33,909 bases of DNA from Promethearchaeota archaeon (GTDB lineage: Archaea > Asgardarchaeota > Lokiarchaeia > Sigyniarchaeales > SOKP01): assembly GCA_048938855.1 (NCBI GenBank), contig JBHLLT010000025.1, positions 1 through 33,909 of the forward strand, in the 5' to 3' direction. A program made the position numbers and the translations under genes. The notes under the pieces are model-generated. The model did not search any database, had not been told where the DNA came from, and was given only the letters and a program-made list of their open reading frames with translations. Below, one piece after another: positions 27,774-33,909 of the stretch (its first letter is position 1; each line of letters starts with the position of its first letter).

Positions 27774-28851
27774 TTGATTTAGTTACATTTTTTACGTCAT
27801 TATCTTTTACCATTTCGGCATAAACTCTTTCTAGTTGAGACGTTTTAGGCTGAGTAAATGAAATCACAGTAAAATCTGATTCGAAATCCTTAACTAAAAT
27901 TTTTAAGATTTCTCCTTTTGATTCATTTTTACCGTCATAAAAAATTTTTAATCCTTGATTTTCTGGATAATACTTTACTGGAATTTTTGATATCATTGGA
28001 TCCAAATCCTTATCTAGATATGGATCAAGTCTTTCAGTTAAATGATTAATTATTGGTCCTAATTCACTTGCAACAAGTGGTTTTAGCAAAACGCAATTTA
28101 ACTCGCTTGTTTTTAAAGTAAGTGCCAAATTCTCTACTGTATCGAATCCAATAATAGAACCGTAATTAATTAAAGCAATTTTATCACATACTTCTGATAT
28201 TTCATATAACATATGAGATGCGACAAATATAGTTTTTCCTAAGGATTGAAGCTCTCGGATATACTTCCTTATTTCAACTCGGGCTAACGGATCTAAACCT
28301 GTTTGTGGTTCATCTAAGATTATAATTTCCGGATCATGTATCAACGCTTGGATAATTCCTATTTTCTGAGTCATCCCTTTAGAGAAAGTTTTAACTGGTT
28401 TATATTTCCATTCAGAGAGTTTGAAACGTTTTAAAAGCTCATCAATTCTGTTATCGATTTTATTCTTCGGGAAATTTTGGAGATTTGCAAAATATCTTAA
28501 TAACTGATACGCTGTCATATTGTAAAAAGAAGGAATATCTATTAAAAATCCTATATGGCTAATAGTTCTTGATATTTTCCCTAAATCTTTTAAATCAACT
28601 CCATTAGTCCTAATAAGGATTCTCCCTGAATTTGGTCTCAGAATTTTCGCAATCATCTTAATTGTTGTAGTTTTACCCGCACCATTAGGTCCCACTAATC
28701 CAATTGTTTCTCCTCTATGAACTTCAAGATTTATGTTATTGACTGCTGTTAGATCGCCAAATTTTTTAGTTAAATTTTCCAACTTTAGGACTATCTCTGT
28801 TTTATTTTTCATTCCTTTTTCAGGAATCCCTTTTTCTTCAGATTTTAACAT
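27745..28851 (-). CDS. ABC ATP-binding protein
   Basis: GPNGAGKTT, FSKGMTQK, ILDEPQTGLDP, ASHML. Confidence 0.94.
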   Translation of the reverse strand: MLKSEEKGIPEKGMKNKTEIVLKLENLTKKFGDLTAVNNINLEVHRGETIGLVGPNGAGKTTTIKMIAKILRPNSGRILIRTNGVDLKDLGKISRTISHIGFLIDIPSFYNMTAYQLLRYFANLQNFPKNKIDNRIDELLKRFKLSEWKYKPVKTFSKGMTQKIGIIQALIHDPEIIILDEPQTGLDPLARVEIRKYIRELQSLGKTIFVASHMLYEISEVCDKIALINYGSIIGFDTVENLALTLKTSELNCVLLKPLVASELGPIINHLTERLDPYLDKDLDPMISKIPVKYYPENQGLKIFYDGKNESKGEILKILVKDFESDFTVISFTQPKTSQLERVYAEMVKDNDVKNVTKSNGGLQENGK

Positions 28852-28854
28852 ATT

Positions 28855-29637
28855 TTATACCTCTTTTTTTGATTTATCGAATTCATATTCTTCCCTTTTT
28901 TGAATTGATTTTTCAATCATTTGAATTATTTTACCCTTATCTAATGAGTCCATAGTCTCAATTTCATTGATAATTCTATCTAAATCAACTTTAATACCTT
29001 TTATATATTCAATCCTCTTTTCTATCCCTTTAAGCATATCATTAGTCCATGACCTTAATCCTCTAAAAAAATCAACAGCATCATTAGTGTCTTCAAAATC
29101 CTTAATTCTTTCTAGTAAAACCATAATTATCCCCTTAGAGGGTAATATCTCAGACATCATCCCGAAGATATTTGCCCATTTTAACTTTAACCCACCTAAG
29201 AATTTCCTACCTAATTCTGTAATCATAAAAAACTTATTTGCTCGACCATCTACTATTTCCTCTTTAGATTCTAAATATCCTTTATCTTCCAATTCCTGTA
29301 AAGTCCTTATTAAAGTACCTCTAGGAAAGTTGAATTTATCTTGTAATTGATAACCAGTAATCCCATCTGGGTAATCTGAAATTAATAATAAAACTATAAA
29401 ATCTCTTATTTCTTGAAATGCCTCTCTACCTATAGGTAGAGGTGGTTTGAGAGGGCCTTTTAGAAATGGTGGTACATGACCAAAAGGGGGAAACCCACCA
29501 AAAGGGGGAGGACGCTGAGGACCATTACGTTCAGGCGGTCCTTGTCCCATGAATCTATTTGCTCCATTTTCAAATCCAAAATGATCTATATCTCTTTTAA
29601 ACACTGATTTTAACACCTTAAAACTAGTAAATGTCAT
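28855..29637 (-). CDS. PadR-family winged-helix regulator with Pro/Gly-rich N-terminus and C-terminal coiled coil
   Basis: 'LLLI..PDGITGYQL...PRGTLIRTLQELEDKGYL...GRANKFFMITELGR'. Confidence 0.85.
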   Translation of the reverse strand: MTFTSFKVLKSVFKRDIDHFGFENGANRFMGQGPPERNGPQRPPPFGGFPPFGHVPPFLKGPLKPPLPIGREAFQEIRDFIVLLLISDYPDGITGYQLQDKFNFPRGTLIRTLQELEDKGYLESKEEIVDGRANKFFMITELGRKFLGGLKLKWANIFGMMSEILPSKGIIMVLLERIKDFEDTNDAVDFFRGLRSWTNDMLKGIEKRIEYIKGIKVDLDRIINEIETMDSLDKGKIIQMIEKSIQKREEYEFDKSKKEV

Positions 29638-29658
29638 ATGTCCAAATATGACATATGA
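29631..29658. promoter_or_regulatory. Putative PadR operator: two interleaved 9-bp perfect inverted repeats over the start codon
   Basis: ATGTCATAT-N6-ATATGACAT (29631-29654) and TCATATGTC-N7-GACATATGA (29634-29658). Confidence 0.65.
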
Positions 29659-29676
29659 TCAAACAATCAATACCTC

Positions 29677-29691
29677 TTTATAAATATTTCG
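29677..29691 (-). promoter_or_regulatory. BRE/TATA promoter of the padR-ABC cluster
   Basis: Minus strand CGAAATA-TTTATAAA, about 40 nt upstream of the ATG. Confidence 0.55.
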
Positions 29692-29774
29692 CTAATATAT
29701 TTTAACATTATAGATTAATAAAAAAGTGAACAAGACTGTGGTATAATTGAAATTTTTAATATTGAGTAAAAATT

Positions 29775-30866
29775 TTAAATTTTCTTTTTTTCCATTTTCA
29801 TTGCTATAAATCCACTTAATATACTAATCCCTGCTTTTACAGAAGCACGTATTCCTAATCTATCATGCATCACCTTAAGTACCAGAATTAAGATAACATT
29901 AAACACCGCGACAGCAATCCAGATCGTCAAATAGGCATTTAATTGGGCAATAAATATTATCAGTAGAACATTATGTCCAAGAAAGAGGGTAAATGAGTAA
30001 TAGGAATAGAAATAGAGAAATCTATAGCTCTTTTTTGTTTTAATTACTTCCAATATTTCAATTACAATAAGAACAGCTAAAAACGTTATTATGAAACCTA
30101 ATGCATAAAGAACGGATGAAATGGTATTAAATTCGGTAAAGTCAGGATAAAAGAACAATACACCAAAAATAGTGATGGATATTCCAATTAATAGGGCATA
30201 TATTATTGCCTTGTTTTTAAGCAAAAATTCTTTTTTATGTTGGTCACCACTATTTTTCAAATCATAAATATAATCTCCCATTACAGAACCAATTAGCACA
30301 ATTCCATAATAATTTAGGATAACATAAGTGTCTATTGGATTAAAAAGGATGTGATACGTTATACCTAATAAACTAAGTTGCCCATCGTAAGGATCAAGTG
30401 TTATTAACAAAACTTGGTTAAAAATAATGGCAAAGGTTGCTACACTCAACCTCACTAATTTGGAAGTTTTTAGTAAAGGCCATGCTAATAATAATGATAT
30501 ACCAATTGTTTGTAATGCATTCCAACTCCATATGTTTGTTAAATCACCACCAAATACCATGGTCACGCCAAAGTTGAAAATAAGTGCTATTATTAGTATG
30601 AAAGTCGCTCTCAAAAGATATGTATTTCTCATAGTTTTCGGCTGTACTTTTTGTGTTTGTAGATTACTTTTATACGCTAATGTTGCACTTACACCTGAGA
30701 TAAAAAGGAATCCGGTAGCACCAATAGGCGCTAGAAAGGCATATAACCAAATTTTAAGCCAAACATCTTCTGGTCTTATCCAGAATTGAAGCATGTGTCC
30801 ATATACCATAATCCAAATAGAAAAACCTCTTAAAACATCAACACTCTTTATCCGTTGCATTTTCAT
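29775..30866 (-). CDS. Membrane acyltransferase, heparan-alpha-glucosaminide N-acetyltransferase-like (DUF1624)
   Basis: RIKSVDVLRGFSIWIMVYGH, FLFISGVS, WNALQTIG; multiple TM. Confidence 0.85.
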   Translation of the reverse strand: MKMQRIKSVDVLRGFSIWIMVYGHMLQFWIRPEDVWLKIWLYAFLAPIGATGFLFISGVSATLAYKSNLQTQKVQPKTMRNTYLLRATFILIIALIFNFGVTMVFGGDLTNIWSWNALQTIGISLLLAWPLLKTSKLVRLSVATFAIIFNQVLLITLDPYDGQLSLLGITYHILFNPIDTYVILNYYGIVLIGSVMGDYIYDLKNSGDQHKKEFLLKNKAIIYALLIGISITIFGVLFFYPDFTEFNTISSVLYALGFIITFLAVLIVIEILEVIKTKKSYRFLYFYSYYSFTLFLGHNVLLIIFIAQLNAYLTIWIAVAVFNVILILVLKVMHDRLGIRASVKAGISILSGFIAMKMEKKKI

Positions 30867-31039
30867 TAAAATTAATTTTTAAATTTATATTTTAGAACGT
30901 CAAAGTATTATATAATAGTTTATAAAAACAGAATTGTGATCCTCCATGAGAGGTTCAAATGAAATAGAAGTTGTTAAAAAACATTCAGTTTTTTAATTTA
31001 ACAACTTTAAAACATTATAATTAGAAAAAGTGGGTAGTA

Positions 31040-32377
31040 TTGACAGAAGTATATATTGAAGATACAGTTCAAGGGATTAAATCTGCTGTAAATAGTATCC
31101 TTAATCAGATTGAGAGGTCTGGTAATTCTGTTCTTAAAGAATCAAAAGAAGTGTATATTAAAGTAAATGGGATCGATTTTAAAAAACATACTTATACATC
31201 ACCGGAAGTTTTAGAAGCGGTTATTCTGTATTTGAAGGAAAAAGGAGCAAAGATTTTTGTAATGGAAAATTCTACTCAAGGTAACATAACAAGACTAGTA
31301 TTTACGATTACAGGCTATAAGCAAATTTGCGATAAACATGGAGTAAATATTATTTATTTAGATGAGGAAGAAACTCAATCTTTTGAATTCTCTGGAAAAG
31401 TTTCCAAAGATAAAGACCCAAAAGGATATAATTTAATGACCTTTAGATTGCCAAAAACAATAGTACACATTATAGATAATAGAGATTCATTAACCTATAT
31501 CAATATTCCTAAACTCAAAACTCACTCAATGGGAGTAGTTACTCTAAGTTTAAAGAATCAATGGGGGTTTCCCATTCATAAAGATCGTGGAAAAGATCAT
31601 AATTTCAATTTGCATTCAAAATTGGTTGATGTTTATGAGTTAATCAAGCCTGATATCGCACTTATAGATGGAATTGAAGGAACTGTGAATGGTCATTATC
31701 CCCCTACAGCATGGGAAGATAGACTAGTTGTGCCTTTTAACATTTTAATTGGAGGAACTGATCCATTAGCTGTTGATGTAGTAGGTGCTAGAGTTTTTGG
31801 TTTAACTATTAAAGAAATTCCTCACTTAAAAATAGCTTTCGAACGAGGTTTAGGAGAGGGTAATTTAAATAAAATTGAAGTCATCGGCAAAGACTTAAAT
31901 GAATATAAAGAGAAATATGAATGGGATCTCCTCCAAGAATTTCCTGAAAACGTCAGAATAATCAAAGGAAAAAAACTTTTATGCAGAGAAGGATGTCAAA
32001 ATAATCCTTTAACAGTATTACAAACATTAGCTTATGATCATTCAGAAAAATTTAATGGTGGTTGGTTTATTGTCATGGGTAAGGGGCATGATGGAGATTT
32101 AATTGATCAGCTAAAACATGAAGGGTACACAAAAGGACTCGTAGCTGGATATTGTGCTATTGAGGAAGTTGGTCAAAAATTACGGAAAGAATTTGGTAGA
32201 AGGAAAGTTTTTTTTTCAAATGATTGTAATAATCTTGCTGAGACAGTAACAGCTGAATTGAAATTGTCAAGTATGAGTGCTCTTGATTTAGCACCATTAC
32301 CTCTTGAACAAATAATGAAACATATTCAAGAAGCTCAAAGACATGGTACGACCTCACTAATCACTACAGCATTTTAA
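31040..32377 (+). CDS. DUF362 domain protein (putative Fe-S enzyme)
   Basis: YIKVN, PKLKTH, TLSLKNQWG, IDGIEG, DPLAVD; C-terminal CREGC..GYC..DC. TTG start. Confidence 0.85.
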   Translation: MTEVYIEDTVQGIKSAVNSILNQIERSGNSVLKESKEVYIKVNGIDFKKHTYTSPEVLEAVILYLKEKGAKIFVMENSTQGNITRLVFTITGYKQICDKHGVNIIYLDEEETQSFEFSGKVSKDKDPKGYNLMTFRLPKTIVHIIDNRDSLTYINIPKLKTHSMGVVTLSLKNQWGFPIHKDRGKDHNFNLHSKLVDVYELIKPDIALIDGIEGTVNGHYPPTAWEDRLVVPFNILIGGTDPLAVDVVGARVFGLTIKEIPHLKIAFERGLGEGNLNKIEVIGKDLNEYKEKYEWDLLQEFPENVRIIKGKKLLCREGCQNNPLTVLQTLAYDHSEKFNGGWFIVMGKGHDGDLIDQLKHEGYTKGLVAGYCAIEEVGQKLRKEFGRRKVFFSNDCNNLAETVTAELKLSSMSALDLAPLPLEQIMKHIQEAQRHGTTSLITTAF

Positions 32378-32446
32378 TTTCTTTTTTACTACTTATATAT
32401 ATTAAAAAGCAATTTTTTTAAAGATTAAAAACGAAATAAAACTATC

Positions 32447-33196
32447 TTGGATTTTAGTTCACTCTATTCTGAAGTAAAACAGCTTTTATCAATACCGGAT
32501 AAGAATATTGATCTCGAAAAAACTCTTAATCAATATTATAAAAAAGAGCCGGATGAGAATAAACTCGAGATTTTAGGCGATATTCTGAGCTTTATAAACA
32601 AATTCTCAATGTTTAGCGATATTAAACCCTTTATGAACTCATTATATACATGTATTAATAATACACTCGAAATAAAACCTGATTCTATCTTTGATTTTGA
32701 AGAATTACTAATTAAAAATTCAATAATGCATTTTATCAACGAATATATTAACTATTCAAAAATAACACAAAAGAATCAAGTATTAGAATTTTTAACAGGT
32801 TCCTTAGAGAAGCTTAAAAAACAACCATTAATCACGAATCTTGGATTATTACTTAAACCGATGTACCAAGATCAAAAATATCTTGATGATCTAGAAAATC
32901 TCAAAGAATTTGAAGTTGAATATCACTCAAATAATAACGTTGATCTAAAAATTAAACAACAGATAGATAAATGGTTAGCAACTCAGGTTATAGATTTAAA
33001 TAATCAAGAAGAACTTAAACTTAACTTACAAAAGGTATTCCAAAATCTAATTAGTAAACATAACTTAGGTATTAATTCTGAAAAAGCAAAGAAATTAGAG
33101 AATGATGTTCTGGAAATGCTCGCAATGAGATTAACAATGAAAAGTCTTATGGAATGTATGCAAGAGGATTCTTTTGAGCCAATTCCAATTAAATAG
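32447..33196 (+). CDS. Hypothetical alpha-helical protein
   Basis: 249-aa ORF with TTG start; no motif recognised. Confidence 0.75.
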   Translation: MDFSSLYSEVKQLLSIPDKNIDLEKTLNQYYKKEPDENKLEILGDILSFINKFSMFSDIKPFMNSLYTCINNTLEIKPDSIFDFEELLIKNSIMHFINEYINYSKITQKNQVLEFLTGSLEKLKKQPLITNLGLLLKPMYQDQKYLDDLENLKEFEVEYHSNNNVDLKIKQQIDKWLATQVIDLNNQEELKLNLQKVFQNLISKHNLGINSEKAKKLENDVLEMLAMRLTMKSLMECMQEDSFEPIPIK

Positions 33197-33343
33197 GTTT
33201 TGAAAAACTTTTATTTTTAGTTAAATTCTAATTCTCCTCTTTTAATTTAAAACTAACTGGCTGTTTTAACATAAAAATTATTAAATACTAATTTTGATAT
33301 TATATTTAAAAATAATGCCAAAAATTTTTTGAAAGTGAGAATT

Positions 33344-33909
33344 TTGGGTGAAAATGAAAAACCATTATCTCAAGAAGAAATAGAAAAACAAAAAAAACTT
33401 GTTGACCAACTTTATAAGAAAGAAAAAGAAGAGAGAGATGCCTACTTAAAAAGTACTGAGAAAGAGAGGAAATTATCTTTTGAAAAAGGGAAAGAACAAA
33501 TTTCAGGTTTTATTGATGAAAAAGCATTTATGGTAGAAAAAAGAAAAGAATTAGATGAGACACGAAAAGGGATACATGCAGATATTGATGGCACTGGAGC
33601 CAAAATAGAGAAATCTGTGGGTGAAAAGGCATTTCGAATTGAGAAACAACGAGAACTAGACGAGACACGTAAAGGGATAAGTACTGATATTGATGGTACT
33701 GGAGCCAAAATAGAGAAATCTATAGGTGAAAAGGCATTTCGAATTGAGAAACAACGAGAATTAGATGAGATGCGGAAAGGGATAAGTACTGATATTGATG
33801 GTACCGGAGCTAAAATAGAGAAATCTATAGGTGAAAAGGCATTTCGAATTGAGAAACAACGAGAATTAGATGAGATGCGGAAAGGGATAAGTACTGATAT
33901 TGATGGTAC
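33344..33909 (+). CDS. Partial (runs off right edge) charged protein with 35-aa tandem repeats
   Basis: Manual translation: (M)GENEKPLSQEEIEKQKKLVDQLY...[EKAFRIEKQRELDETRKGISTDIDGTGAKIEKSVG]n, with no stop. Start uncertain (TTG 33329, GTG 33335 or TTG 33344). Confidence 0.85.
   Translation, partial: MGENEKPLSQEEIEKQKKLVDQLYKKEKEERDAYLKSTEKERKLSFEKGKEQISGFIDEKAFMVEKRKELDETRKGIHADIDGTGAKIEKSVGEKAFRIEKQRELDETRKGISTDIDGTGAKIEKSIGEKAFRIEKQRELDEMRKGISTDIDGTGAKIEKSIGEKAFRIEKQRELDEMRKGISTDIDG
33518..33909 (+). repeat. 105-bp tandem repeat, ~3.7 copies visible
   Basis: Units start at 33518, 33623, 33728 and 33833; differences between later units are mainly third-position. Confidence 0.95.

Noticed and set aside
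30937-30957. Imperfect palindrome TGATCCTC-N5-GAGGTTCA between divergent genes
   Set aside because: 7/8 match, single copy, no adjacent cognate regulator identified; too weak to call.
1468-32739. Short overlapping ORFs in the track (e.g. 1468-1719, 1891-2142, 4008-4235, 6362-6667, 10800-11012, 28967-29350, 30427-30789)
   Set aside because: They lie within or largely overlap well-supported genes, mostly antisense, and show no motifs.
33442-33708. Minus-strand 88-aa ORF in the track
   Set aside because: Antisense shadow of the plus-strand repeat protein.
33518-33909. Tandem repeat as a CRISPR array
   Set aside because: Contiguous 105-bp units without unique spacers, in frame and with synonymous variation; no cas genes.

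Overview
AT-rich archaeal chromosomal fragment, most likely an Asgard archaeon (Lokiarchaeia-like). It carries archaeal information genes (aIF2-gamma, TFS, DHH/RecJ-like nuclease) and the eukaryote-signature ribosomal protein eL22. Other contents: form III RuBisCO converging on ribose-1,5-bisphosphate isomerase, CitG, UvrC, an MFS transporter, phosphosugar mutase, ROK kinase, radical SAM protein, alpha/beta hydrolase, a PadR-headed cluster of three ABC export systems, a DUF1624-type acyltransferase, a DUF362 protein, and a truncated 35-aa tandem-repeat protein at the right edge. No rRNA, tRNA, CRISPR or mobile element was seen. The most striking unannotated signal is the ~480-bp gap upstream of the MFS gene. 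It holds a TATA box, a nested multi-stem RNA with alternative pairings and an embedded 45-codon uORF, followed by U-tracts, a second hairpin and the MFS Shine-Dalgarno: a candidate leader-peptide or riboswitch-type attenuator. Also notable are an HhH-fused aIF2-gamma, probable AUU/AUA start codons, ~100-aa insertions in two ABC ATPases and a double-palindrome PadR operator. All calls come from manual motif recognition; no searches or folding programs were run.
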